Positions 11,500 to 24,164 of a stretch of 64,000 nt of DNA are shown here, piece by piece. Source of the stretch: Chiloscyllium plagiosum. Lineage: Eukaryota. Each line of letters begins with the position of its first letter. Within the stretch, counting starts at the first letter, position 1. The notes beneath the pieces were generated by a model that saw only the letters and a program-made list of their open reading frames with translations, had not been told where the DNA came from and ran no database searches. The position numbers and the translations under genes were made by a program. The DNA lies in NCBI RefSeq assembly GCF_004010195.1, contig NC_057719.1:92498037-92562036 (forward strand), read 5' to 3'.

Positions 11500-12262
11500 G
11501 CAATGTTTCTGTGAGATGACTTCCAAAAAGCTTTTGATACAGTCACACACAGACCTGAGAGGAAAGTTACCCTACATTGTATAAAAGGGACAGGAGTAAT
11601 GTGGGTGCCAAACGAGGCTGAGAGATACAGATCAGAGCGGAATGGTCAATGGGTACTTTTCAGGCTGGAAAAAGGTTTCTCACGGAGTTCCACAGGGGTC
11701 AGTAGTGGGATTCTTTCAATTCTTGGTTACATGGTGATGATTTAGATCTTGCTGTGCTTGGCGACAATTTCCGGATGACGCTGAACTTGGAAGAATTGTA
11801 ATCTGTGAGGATGACAGTGTGTAACTCCTAAAGGACATTGAGAAGTTAGTGGAGAGGGCAGGCAGGAGACAGGTGGAGCTCAATGCAGAGAGTGAGAGGT
11901 GATGGACTTTGATCGGAAGAAGATTGAAAGACAATAGGAACTAGAGGGTACAATTCTAAAGGGGGTGCAGGAGCAGAGGGAGTTGGGGGGGTACATGTGC
12001 ACAGACCATTGAAGGCAGCTGGACAGGTGGAGAGCAGTTAATAAAGCATCCAGTACCCTTGGCTTCATTAATAGGGACAGACAGTACAAGAGCAAGGTGG
12101 TGATGTTGAACTTATACAGACGCTAGGGAGACCTTAACTTGGGTGTTCTGCACAGTTGTGGGCACCACATTATAGGAAGGATGTGAATGCATTGGAGAGA
12201 GGGTGGAATAGATCCACGGATGAGAAACTTCAGTGATGCGGTTAGATTGAAGAAGTTGGAAC
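11500..12262 (+). mobile_element. Decayed CR1-like LINE RT fragment
   Basis: DFQKAFDTVTH-like and GVPQGSV motifs (~11520, ~11685). Confidence 0.8.
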
Positions 12263-12957
12263 TGATGATTTGGAGACTGGGGTGTTGGACAGGGGTGGAC
12301 AAAGTTAAAAACCACACAACACCAGGTTACAGTCCAACACTTTCATCAAGTGGTTGTGAAGAATAAGATTGTAAGACACAGAATTTATAGCGAACGTTTG
12401 CAGTGTGATGTAACTGTGTTAAATTTCCTTTTGTTTCAAAGTATGATTTCAACCTTCAGTCAGACTGTGCTATACTTTGCATCAGACATTTGATGGTTTT
12501 TGAGCGATTGTGAGTGATTTTTTTTTCATTGATCTGCCCCTAAACCCACTTTTCCCACACCCCATTATTTCTATGAAGCGAGGCTTAGCTGGAACGCAAC
12601 TATGGCCTTATAGGAGAGCTACCTGGATGGAGCTGCACTAACTCAAGGCAACAAATGAGTTGTATACAAACACACAGAAGAGGAAAATTTACACAGTGAT
12701 GTGCATTGAATGTCTGTTTCCAAATTTAAACAATTAGAAGATCTTAAACAACAAATGTTTATTTATAGGTAAGGAAAAGCCATTCTTGGTCCAAACTTCT
12801 TCGTAATTTCTGGTTGTCGATAAAATACGCGGGATAGCTTTTCGTCAATAAAGGTAATCAGTTTGCATTTATTCTGCAAGTCTTATTTTGGTTGTTTTTC
12901 AGAAATAGATATAGGCTTTAATGTATGTCACAGAGTCATAGAGATGTACAGCACGGA

Positions 12958-13182
12958 NNNNNNNNNNNNNNNNNNNNNNNNNNNNNNNNNNNNNNNNNNN
13001 NNNNNNNNNNNNNNNNNNNNNNNNNNNNNNNNNNNNNNNNNNNNNNNNNNNNNNNNNNNNNNNNNNNNNNNNNNNNNNNNNNNNNNNNNNNNNNNNNNNN
13101 NNNNNNNNNNNNNNNNNNNNNNNNNNNNNNNNNNNNNNNNNNNNNNNNNNNNNNNNNNNNNNNNNNNNNNNNNNNNNNNNNN
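12958..13182. other. Assembly gap (225 N)
   Basis: Run of n. Confidence 1.
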
Positions 13183-13650
13183 TGAACCCTTTCAAGTTTC
13201 ACAACATCTTTCCGATAGGAAGGAGACCAGAATTGCACGCAATATTCCAACAGTGGCCTAACCAATGTCCTGTACAGCTACAACATGACCTCCCAACTCC
13301 TGTACTCTGACCAATAAAGGAAAGCATACCAAACGCCTTCTTCACTATCCTATCTACCTGCAACTCCACTTTCAAGGAGTTTTGAACCTGCACTCCAAGG
13401 TCTCTTTGTTCAGCAACACTCCCTAGGACCTTACCATTAAGTGTATAAGTCCTGCTAAGATTTGCTTTCCCAAAATGCAGCACCTCGCATTTATCAGAAT
13501 TAAACTCCATCTGCCACTTCTCAGCCCATTGGCCCATCTGGTCCAGATCCTGTTGTAATCTGAGGTAACCCTCTTCACTATCCATTACGCCTCCAATTTT
13601 GGTGTCATCTGCAAACTTACTAACAATTCCTCCTATGTTCACATCATGTG

Positions 13651-13953
13651 GGTTGGCGTGGTGGCTCAGTGGTTAGCAGGGGCCTGGGTTCAATTCCCGC
13701 CTTGGACAACAGTGCAACTTCACACAGACATTCTCCCCGTGTCTGCGTGGGTTTCCTCCGGGTGCTCCGGTTTCCTCCCATAATCCAAAGATGTGCAGGT
13801 CAGGTAAATTGCCCATGGTGTTCAGCGATGTGTAGGATAGGTGCATTAGTCAGGGGTAAATGTAGGTGAATGGGTCTGGGTGGGTTACTCTTCAGAGGGT
13901 CGGTGTGGACTTGTTGGACAGAAGGGCCTGTTTCCATACTGTAGGGATTCTAT
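13651..13953 (+). mobile_element. HE1 SINE inserted in HER1 RT
   Basis: HE1 head, body and tail interrupt the LINE between YIN and MNIGG. Confidence 0.85.
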
Positions 13954-15019
13954 CCTAATTATTTATATAAATGACAAAAAGTAGAGGACCCAGCACCAAT
14001 CCTTGTGGCACTCCACTGCTCACAGGCCTCCAGTCTGAAAAACAACCCTCCACCACCACCCTCTGGCTTCTACCTTCGAGCCAGTTCTGTATCCAAATGG
14101 CCAGTTCTCCCTGTATTCCATGAGTAACCAGTCTCCCATGGGGAACCTTGTCGAATGCCTTACTGAAGTCCATATAGATCACGTGCACTGCTCTGCCCTC
14201 ATCAATCCTCTTTGTTACTTCTTCAAAAAACTCCATCAAGTTTGTGAGACATGATTTCCCACGCACAAAGCCATGTTGACTATCCCGAATCAGTCCTTGC
14301 CTTTCCAAATACATGTACATCCTGTCCCTCAGGATTCTCTCCAACAACTTGCCCATCACCGACGTCAGGCTCACCGGTCTATAGTTCCCTGGCTTGTCCC
14401 TTACCACTTTTCTTAAATAGTGGCACCACATTAGCCAATCTCCAGTCTTTCCACATGTCAGCTGTGACTATCGATGATCCAAATACATGTCTGAAAGACA
14501 ATATTTAATCGAAGCTGTGGCTGTCGTTCCCTGGGACTCTATGTCTCAATTCTCACGTAATTAGTGAAGACACTTCCCGAGCACTTGCAGTCTGTTCTCC
14601 CACATTTGGATCCTCCTACACGAAATCTCAGAGACAGTTTGTATTCCTGTGCAGCTTAATCCAGATGATTAGAGGATATCAATGTCTACAAATTGTTACA
14701 CAGTCATTAAGATTAATCCGATTATAACGGTTACATTTTGTCAATGAGCATACTATAATCCCTTAATAAAACTCGACAATCTTGAGAATATTGTGTCTCT
14801 TCTTTGACCTCGGAAGATCAAATAAATGCAGACTCTCAGTCTTGCAGCTGCAGTTACAACCTTAACTTGTCAACATTTTGCCTTCTATTTGCATGCTCGT
14901 AGTTGGTTTAAAATGGAATTTTGGTTCCCTCATGGGGTGTCTGTCCTCACTGGGTTTAAATTGCCTGTTCGGGTTCTGAGCTATCTCATATATTCTGTTG
15001 CATTAAGATTGGAGGATCT

Positions 15020-15844
15020 TAATGCAAATGGCTTTATTCTGATTCCACTGACTCGACTTTCGATGTGATTTCATCCACTTTCCCTTTACTTTGTATGATA
15101 ACCCACATTCAGTCATTTCACTGGTGTTACTGTAACTGCTGAGCAAGTCGCTGAGCTTATTCTCATTGTTACGAGATGAAATCAAATAATTTTCTGAGTT
15201 ACAAATTGTCTTTACAACCTGAGCGAGTTTTAAATGAGACTTCCTTGGAACTGTCAGCTGTTCCAGCATACGACCTTACAATCTCACTGTCGTCATATAA
15301 TAGTTCTGTCACCCTTTCTGTAATCTTTTAGTGTGATGTCCTGCTCAAATTATGGACATTTATCTTTTTTGCTGTTGATCTACTCTCATAATTTGTTCTA
15401 CAATTTACCATCTTCTATTATCCATAATCTCCGAATAATGCCAACTCAGGTTTCTGCTCCTTAATTTGGTCTGTTGTTCTCAGATTCTCTACCTGCTCAT
15501 CACTTCACTCAATCACACTTAAATAACGTCACATATAAGACATAGGAGTGGAAGTAAGGCCATTCGGCCCATCGAGTCCACTCCGCCATTCAATCATGGC
15601 TGATGGGCATTTCAGCTCCACTTACCCACATTCTCCCCATAGCCCTTAATTCCTTGTGACATCAAGAATTTATCAATTATGAACTTAATATTCTCCGCTC
15701 TCTTTATCTGTATCCAGCTTACTAAGTGTTCCTGTTCCAAAGCCCTTGTCTAATGTGTTTAATGCCAGCCTAACGGTTTTAATTAAAAATAGAGATTGCT
15801 GGCGACACTCAGCAGGTCTGGCAGCATCTGTGGAGAAGGCAGCA

Positions 15845-15886
<42 letters not shown>

Positions 15887-16115
15887 CACATACTCCCAGA
15901 CCTGCTGGGTTTCGCCAGTCATTTCTGCTTTTGTTTCTGATCTCAGAAAATGATTGGGTATCATCTCTTGTGAATGATAATATGATGAGAGACTTGTTCA
16001 GCAGTTACAGTGACACAAGTGAAATGATGGAATGAGGGCTGTCATACAACATAAAGGTAAAGTGTATTGAAAGTCAAGTCAGTCGGATCAGACCAGTTTT
16101 GTTTTTATTTGGATC
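15020..16115. repeat. Diverged inverted repeat of non-TE sequence (arms ~15020-15198 and ~15942-16115)
   Basis: Core 15113-15149 reverse-complement matches 15991-16027 at 34/37; flanks align more loosely. Confidence 0.85.
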
Positions 16116-17019
16116 TGACTGTTTTAAATCAGTTTCTCTAAAGAGTAAAAGTCAATCTCTTACTGATTTTAATCATATTTCTCAGTTACTGACGCATTGG
16201 TTGTCAAATAGATGCACGTCATTGCAACTCATTCTTCAGTGCAATTTTCCCTATCTTTTGTCCCAGACTATTTTGCACTGTCTTCAGCATTATCCCAATA
16301 CCACGCAATGCATACTTGACTCTCATATGGTCTTCACGGGAGATCTGTGAGATTTTTAATTATCTCTTCATGTATCGTTCCCAACGGATTGGGTAGTGGG
16401 CCAACTCTGTGACTCTATAACTGTCAAATCCGGTACTCCTAAAAGAAAAGAAAAGGGTGCAAACGTGAGCTCTTGTCTCCGCTGAAATGGAGGTTAACAT
16501 CAATTGATGTCAGGACACAATATTCTCTACCTTTGTTTGTGCCACGTTTCCTGTCACCACCCAGCAAGAACAATAACTTCCTCTCTCCAATTTCACACAA
16601 TCAGCCAGTCCCGTCCTATCTCACGAGCCCTGGAGAAATGTACAGTCTCATTCTTTCTTCAAAACAGAAATCAAACAATTTTGTTTGGTTCCAAGTTGTA
16701 ACAGCTTTTGTTTGCTTCTTCGTTCTTTCTCTGTTCTTTTTATTTAATAAATCACTTCTGGTTATACTACATTATATGAATATATCTGAAAAGTTGTCCA
16801 AGTTGTGTTATTTCATTTAATTCTTCGGACTAACAATTTTCCTTCCATGCATTGAAACTTTTGGAATGGTGTGAATGCATTTTATTATTCTTCCTGGAAT
16901 CTCTTAAAATTTCGATTCAATTTCGAATTCCTGTAAACATCTTGGAATGCCAGCCCACATGACCCTTAATATTAACCTTTACTGTTATTATTAGCGTGTG
17001 TGTGTACCCAGCTTTAGTG

Positions 17020-17165
17020 TCAAACGTGTGGTGCTGGAAAAGCACAGCAGGTCAGGCAGCATCCAAGGAGCAAGAGAATCAACGTTTTGGGCATTAGCCC
17101 TTCATCAGGAATCCAGCACCACACTCTCGGCTCTGATCTCCAGCATCTACTGTCCTCACTTTCTA
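17020..17165. mobile_element. Penelope-derived short palindromic element, family A
   Basis: GTGTGGTGCTGGAAAAGCAC...AGCCCTTCATCAGG...CCAGCACCACAC; flanks AGCTTTAGTG / AGTTTTAGTG resemble a TSD. Confidence 0.7.
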
Positions 17166-17514
17166 CTCCCTGTCTAGTTTTAGTGGTTTCAAAATGACTG
17201 ATCCTCAGTATATTTAGTGTTTTCACAGTAGCTCTCCTATTCTCCAGCGCATTGTTAACAAAAGGCTTGAGTGGGTTAGGGATCGTTGCTTTTTAATGGG
17301 GCGTGCTATTTGCAGTCCATCGCTGGTGCGGTGACTTTGGAATCTGCAGATGGATTCAGGAGATCTCCACGCCACCAAAATCAAAATGCATTTATCCTGC
17401 TTCAGGAAGAACCGGTTGATCAATCCAAAACCAACCCTGCCAATTTTAAAAAATGATAACGCATTGAGCATTATAAAGTCTCAAAGCTTGTGCAGTCAGC
17501 TTAAGCTAGCAGTC

Positions 17515-17758
17515 AAGATTCGAGTGGTGCTGGAAAAGCACAGCAGGTCAGGCAGCATCCGAGGAGCAGGAAAATCGATGTTTCAGGCAAAAACCCTTCA
17601 CCAGGAGTTCCCCCTGACCTGCACATCTTTGGACTGTGGGAGGAAACCCAGGCAGACACAGGGAGAATGTGCAAACTCCACACAGACAGGCAGGAATCGA
17701 ACCCAGGACCCTGGTGCTGTGAGGCAGCAGTGCTAATGACTGAGCCACTGTGCCACCC
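17515..17758 (-). mobile_element. Penelope family A tail fused to a truncated HE1 SINE
   Basis: 17515-17605 GTGGTGCTGGAAAAGCAC...; 17612-17758 is a reverse-complement HE1 head. Confidence 0.8.
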
Positions 17759-17899
17759 ATGGTCACGACAGAACAGTGATGAATGGAAGGTTCCAGAAAC
17801 ATTGAGGAGGTTATGGTGATGGTGTTGATGGTGATGACAAAATGTTGCACAATTTCCAACATGCAGAATCAAACAGAAAATAAGTCTTCTTGGTAAACC

Positions 17900-18125
17900 T
17901 TTTCACACACAGGGTGGTTTGCGTGTGGAACGAACTGCCAGAGGAAGTGGTAGAGATGAGTGCAAATAGAATAGTTAAAAGACATTTGGAGAGGTATATG
18001 AATAGGAAAGGTTTAGCGGGATACAAGCCAAATGCTGGGAAATGGGCCTAGATTAGTTTAGGGAGCCTGGCTGGCATGGACTGGGTAGACTGAAACTCTC
18101 CCTGTTTCCATGCTGTTGAACTCTG
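17900..18125 (+). mobile_element. CR1/HER1 3' end
   Basis: TTTTCACACACAGGGTGGTT...GGAACGAACTGCCAGAGGAAGTGG tail. Confidence 0.8.
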
Positions 18126-18344
18126 TAACTATAATTGAGCTCTTTTTGCGAATAACCCAGTAGCCCAGGGGCTCTGAGGTATTTATTGGCTCTTCCAAAC
18201 CCTGTAGCAGCTGGCTGCACGTGCGATGTTGGGCGTCTGAGAGGAATGTAACCTAGTCTGAGGGGTCTAGCCCAGAATCCATCAGCTCTATCCAACACTG
18301 TGAATGTTGGATAACTGGGTGCCATGCTATTAACAACAGAGTGA

Positions 18345-19690
18345 CAGAGAAATAGGACCATTCAGCCCATCGAGCCCACTCCACCATTCAACATGAGCGT
18401 GGGTGATCTTTCAACTCAGTCCCCTGTTTCTCCCCCATACTGTTTGTTCCCTTTAGCCCTAAGAGCTATATCGAACTCCTTTTTGAAAACATTCAATGTT
18501 CTGGCCTCAACCACTCTCTGTGGCAGAGAATTCCATAGGCTCCCCACTCTCTGGGTGAAGACATGTCTCCTCATCGCAGTCCTAAAGGGTCTACCCTGTA
18601 GCCTTAGACTGGTTCTGGACTCCCCAGTCATAGAGTCATAGAGATGTACAGCATGGAAACAGACCCTTCAGTCCAACCTATCCATGCCAACCAGATATCC
18701 CAACCCAAACTAGTCCTACCTGCCAGCACCCGGCCCATATCCCTCCAAACCCTTCCTATTCATATACTCATCCAAATGCCTCTTAAATGTTGCAATTGTA
18801 CCAGCCTCCATTAGTTCCTCTGGTAGCTCATTCCATACATGTACCACCCTCTGTGTGAAACATTTGCCCCTTATGTCTCTTTTGCATTTTTCCCCTCTCA
18901 CCCTAAACCTATGTCTCTCTAGTTCTGGACTCCCTGACCCCAGGGAAAAGACTTTGCCTATTTATCCTATCCATGCCCTCATGATTTTATAAACCTCTAT
19001 AAGGTCACCCCTCAGCCTCCAACGCTCCAGGGAAAACAGCCCAGCCTGTTCAGCCTCTCCCTGTAGCTCAAATACTCCAACCCTGGAAACATCCTTGTAA
19101 ATCTTTACTAAACCCTTTCAAATTTCAAAACATCTTTCCAATAGGAAGGAGACCAGAATTGCACGCAATATTCCAACAGTGGCCTAACAGCTGCAACATG
19201 ACCTCCCAACTCCTCTACTCAATACTCTGACCAATAAAGGAAAGCATACCAAACGCTTTCTTCACTATCCTATCTACCTGCGACTCCACTTTCAAGGAGC
19301 TATGAACCTGCACTCCAAGGTCTCTTTGTTCAGCAACACTCCCCAGGACCTTACCATTAAGTGTATAAGTCCTTCTCTGATTTGCCTGTCCAAAATGCAG
19401 CACCTCACTTTTATCGAAATTGAACTCTATCTGCTGCTCCTCAGCCCATTGGTCCATCTGATCAAGATCCTTTGTTGTAATCTGATGTAACCCTTTTTGC
19501 TGTCCACTACACCTCCAATTTTGGTGTCATCTGCAAAAACTTACTAACTATACCTCCTTTGTTCACGTCCAAATCAGTTGTATAAATGACAAAGCGTAGT
19601 GGACCCAGCACCGATCCATGTGGCACTCCACTGGTCACAGGCCTCCAGTCTGAAAAACAACCCTCCACCCCCACCCTCTGTCTTCTACCC
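18345..19690 (-). mobile_element. Two abutting CR1/HER1 LINE 3' fragments (18345-18627 and 18628-19690)
   Basis: FTQRVGSLWNSLP, FTQRVVHVWNELPEE, ERDLGV-like and SGVPHGSVLGP motifs. Confidence 0.9.
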
Positions 19691-20319
19691 TTCATCAGGA
19701 ACTTCCTTTCTATGTTTACCCTGTCTAATCCTGCTTGAGGTTTCGAGGTGTTTGTGAGATTCCCCTGTTGTTCTGGTGCAACTAACAGCAATAGGGGGAG
19801 GTGGGTGTCTGTCAGGGTTAACTTCCTGCTGTTCCTCGTTGGTCACACCAGGGTGTTGGTGTTTACTGGGATGGGGGGGCGAGGGGCAGGACCCTTCTCT
19901 GTTCCATGATCTTTTGGAGGATCAGGATGGTTGCTTCCTGGGCTTGAGTCTTTACTGGATATTGTCAGTGTGGCCTGTCAGTGGGACAGATTTGTATCAT
20001 CCTTAAGCACCCACCATCTTGTTTACCCTGTACCCACACCCTGGGCACATCCTGGCCAATCAGGCTCCTTCTCCTCCCAGTCCACATCGAGGAGGCTGGC
20101 TACACCTCCCGTCCTGAGTGAATACACCCCTGTCACAGTGGGATCTTTCTGTCGCTGAGGAGTGGCCACTTTGTCTCTCTCTCTCTATACTTCAAGGTTG
20201 TCTCACTCAACTAGGCTGTTATTATCACGTCCACCCAGGCCTCTTCCTCATACAATAGAGTCAAAGAGTCAGTACATAGTCAGTGGTGGGTAAGCAATGG
20301 CGGGTTACGGGGAAGCGAT

Positions 20320-21190
20320 GACCAAATGGTATTATTAATCTGACCATTAATCTGAGATCCAGGCGATATTCTGGGATTTGGGTTCGAATCCCACCATGGT
20401 CAAATTTGCACTGAATGAAAATTTGGATTTAGGAATCTAATGGTGATCTAAGGGCAGCACGGTGGCTCAGTGGTTGGCACTGCTGCCTCACAGCACCAGA
20501 GGACCCAGGTTCGATTCCAGCCTCGGCCACATTCTCCCCATGTCTGTGCAGGGTTTTCTCCGGGTGCTCCACTTAAGTCCTACGATCCAAAGATGTGTAG
20601 GTTAGGTGAATTGGCCACACTAAATTGCCTGTAGTGTTCAGGGATGAGTAGGTTAGGTGCTTTAGTCAGGGATAAATGTAGAGCAATAGGGGAAATGGCT
20701 CTGGGTGGGTTACTCTTCAGAGGGTCAGTGTGGACTAGATGGGACAAATGGCAGTTTCCATACGGTAAGGATCCTATGATAATTGAACTATTGTCAATAT
20801 TTGTAAAAACTGGATTAGAGTGGTGCTGAAAAAGCACAGCCGGTCAAGCAGCTTCCAAGGAGCAGGAAAATCGATGTTTTGGGCAAAAGCCCTTCAACAA
20901 GAACGTTTGCCTGAAACGTCGATTTTCCTGCTCCTCGGATGCTGCCTGACCTGCTGTGCTTTTCCAGCACCACTCTGATCCAGACTCTGGTTTCCAGCAT
21001 CTGCAGTCCTTGTTTTTACCTTCGTAAAAACTGGTCTAGTTCACTTCAAGGAAGGAAATTTGCCATCTTTATGTAATCTGGCCTACACTTGACTCTTGAC
21101 CTTCTGTAATGTGGTTGACTCTTAACTGCCCTCTGTGGCAATTAGGGATGGGGTGATATATGCTAGTCTGGCCAGTGATGCTCACATCCC
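20320..21190 (+). mobile_element. Older tRNA-type SINE carrying a nested HE1 (20451-20778) and a family A palindromic element (20814-21023)
   Basis: GGTTCGAATCCCACCATGG B box; tail GGCAATTAGGGATGG...GGCCAGTGATGCTCACATCCC resembles the LINE tail near 10800; palindrome flanked by GTAAAAACTGG at 20803-20813 and 21024-21034. Confidence 0.75.
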
Positions 21191-22239
21191 GAAATGGACA
21201 GAAGTCCCAGTTGGTATTGATAACCCATAATGCTCAGCCCCTTCACAACACATCAATGCTCACCCTGGGATCACCAAGACTCCCTGCTTCTGGGTGTTAT
21301 CCAATTCAGAGAGCCACCACGTTTGTCTCATGTCCATTTTTGTCAGGGGGTGAGGTGGGAGGTGTTGGGAGATGTCTCGGTTACCCCCGCGCCGCTCCCA
21401 CCTCCCCAATCACCCTTCTCACCGTGGTGACCTGTTGGTGCTCCCACAATGCACTTCTCTCACTCTGCCTTCTCACTTTTCTCTGGTTTGCTGTCTATCT
21501 CCATCTTCCACTTGGCTACACCCAAGGTAACCGTGTCTTGAGGATGTGGCTGGTGGTGGTGGTGCCCTTTGGTGTTCCCCACTGGACCCTCCCTTCAGCT
21601 TGTTCAAGAGCACAGCATCAGCCCAGCCCCAATCATTCACCTTGCTGGGGGAAGGGGGGAGGGGATTGTGGTACTTTCTGCCTTTCTCAGATGTACACGC
21701 GGACCCTTTTTCTCCCAGTTTGCCCCCAGTGTGACTGAACCCTCCTGGGCCCTCTTTGGCAGGTAAGTTCCAATCTCTGACATGGAATTTTCCCCTCCCC
21801 CACACACTCTTTTTGCCCACCTCCCACGCGTCAGTAGAGAGCTGACCTCTGACCTCCGAGTCTGGTCCCCTTGGGCTGGAGCAGGATGGCAATGTCCGGT
21901 GGATGTTGGTGGCCATTGTCACACCATATCCCCCCTTCCCCCACTATCGCCACTCATTGTCCCATCATACCCTCTTGCTTCATTGTCTACACCAGCCTGT
22001 AGCCTTGTCTACTGTGGCATTACAAATTACCAGCCAATTAAATCCCACATGTCTTCATGCTTCACATCTCTCCCACTCACTGGGACAGTGAGTTCCAGGC
22101 ACTCACATTCTTTCCTTTCTCTTACCCACCATCGTTATTGACGCCTTGCTCTTTCTATCAACTAAATGCTTTGATTTCCTTCACTTAAATCTCTCCCCCC
22201 ACCCCCTCCCCCCCAAGGAACGACGTTTCTTCCTGTTGA

Positions 22240-22650
22240 ACCTATCCATGCCCCTCAATCATTTTATCCATCTCAATCACGTCCCCTCTCAATCTCCTCT
22301 GCTGCAAACAATCCCAGGCTGTTCAATCTCTCTTTGAATCACAGAATCCCCACAGTGTGGAAACAGGCCCTTCGGCCCAACAAGTCCACACTGACCCTCC
22401 GAAGAGTAACCCACCCAGACCCATTCCCCCTACCCTATTACCCTCTATTTACTCCTGACTAATGCACCTAACCAACACATCTCTGGACACTACGGGCGAT
22501 TTAGCATGGCTAATTCACCACAACTTGCACATCTTTGGATTGTGGGAGGAAACCGGAGCATCCAAAACTCTCCAGCCCAGGCAACATCCTGGTTAATCCC
22601 CTCTGCACCCTCTCCAGTACAATCCCATCTCTCCTATCATGTCGATTCAG
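22240..22650 (-). mobile_element. CR1 fragment with nested HE1 3' half (22335-22562, minus)
   Basis: Reverse-complement HE1 tail CAGTGTGGAAACAGGCCCTTCGGCCC inside CR1-like flanks. Confidence 0.75.
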
Positions 22651-23539
22651 AACTGTAGGACTGAATTGGTGACATTTCAAGGGGGTTTGAGTGCAGTCAT
22701 GTCAATCCCCAGTAAGGAAACAGCTTATCTCTGTCTCTCGTAAGATCACCTCTCATTTTTCAAAACTCTCATGAATGCAAGGCTCAGATTGCCTAATATC
22801 TCTTCATCGGATGGCTCTCTTCATCCTGGGATCATGTCTAATAAACCTTCATGTTCTGTATTATTCCAGGGGCTGGTGGACATGCAGAGGCCTGTGTGAC
22901 CCTTAACCTCCGATCTTCTGATCATGTCACATTGAGTCACATGACAAACTGTTCAGCATTCATTTGGGTTTGTACAGACCCGCCTGATTCAGGGGGGACA
23001 ATTGATCATGTGGCATCTGATCTAGTGGCATCTGATCACAACAACACCAATTCACAAACGATAACACCCTGGGAGATCCCGTGACCAACTCATCACAGAC
23101 CATTAGATCGTGAGACCCCAGAGTTCGATCCAATCAGATTGTACGCCTCCCGATCAAGCAACTGAAGCCCATGTCACCAAGTCTCATCTCAACTGACCAT
23201 GAGACAGGGCTACAAGTCATCAGGGCACGAGACAGCCCCATCGTCCGGCTGGACCCCAGCTTGGTGGGAATTGAAAACTGATTTAATCACAGCACGCTCT
23301 GTCCAAAGCCCAGTACATAACCCTCAGCACAGTCAGGGTCACATCTAGAGGGATGTATCTAACCCCATGCAGTCGCTGTCCTGGGAATGCTCACTGGGTA
23401 TAAAGTGAGGGACACCCTGTCAGGATAAAGTGCAGGCAACCCCACTCTGTCCCTGTCCTGGTGCAAGGTGCTGCGTTAAGAATTCGAATACATGAGGCAG
23501 AAGAGAATCTTTACCATTTTATTTGACAGAGGACAATTA

Positions 23540-23775
23540 TAGACAATAGGTGCAGGAGTAGGCCATTCGGCCCTTCGAGCCTGCACCACCATTCAATATG
23601 ATCATGGCTGATCATCCACAATCAGTATCCTGTTCCTGCCTTACCCCCATAACCCTTGATTCCACTATCTTTAAGAGCTCTATCCAACTCTTTCTTGAAA
23701 GTATCCAGAGACTGGGCCTCCCCTGCCTTCTAGGGCAGAGCCTTCCATACACCCACCACTCTCTGGGTGGAGAAG
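23540..23775 (-). mobile_element. CR1-like LINE 3' tail
   Basis: GGAGTAGGCCATTCGGCCC...ACCACTCTCTGGGTG. Confidence 0.8.
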
Positions 23776-24164
23776 TTTATGAAAGGTGTAATTCACACAT
23801 TACCCCTGCCAGAAAGGGACATAAGAGTCATGTGATTGGACGCAAGTCTCAGTTAAGCCCCACATAACTGTCCTGCAGGTTATGACTGAGGACAGAGCTG
23901 GCACACGGGGAGAGACGCGCTGTTTGAAGTCAGCTAGCCCTAAGATTGTTTGCCTGACATGTAACCCCACCTCATCTCTTGACGACATACTACAGAAAGA
24001 TACCAGAGTGTGTCCCAGAGAGAGGTGCGAATTACCACTGGAAGTGATGCACACTCCTGGCTAATATCCTTCCCTCACGGCTTCAATCTGGCCAGCATTA
24101 CACAATGTGTTCACGCGATCAAAGCTGTTGATCCTTTGTCCTGTTGAAGTGAAGACAGTCGCTC

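Larger units (their letters stand above)
12931..14480 (-). mobile_element. Young HER1/CR1 LINE (RT domain to 3' tail), split by an N gap and by an HE1 SINE
   Basis: PGNYRPVSLTSV...QHGFVRGKSCLTNL...YMDFSKAFDKVPHGRL...SGVPQG.VLGPLLF and SKFADDTKIGG; tail CTATGACTCT. Confidence 0.95.

Noticed and set aside
5523..12853. Exon-like unique islands on the plus strand (~5538-5658, ~8925-9056, 10637-10706, 12769-12853)
   Set aside because: AG/GT boundaries exist, but I could not splice them into a continuous or recognisable reading frame; no support without RNA data
19700..22140. GC-richer segments with 120-190 aa ORFs (e.g. 21160-21738, 21473-21922)
   Set aside because: Low-complexity translations with no recognisable domain; probably an old unidentified repeat
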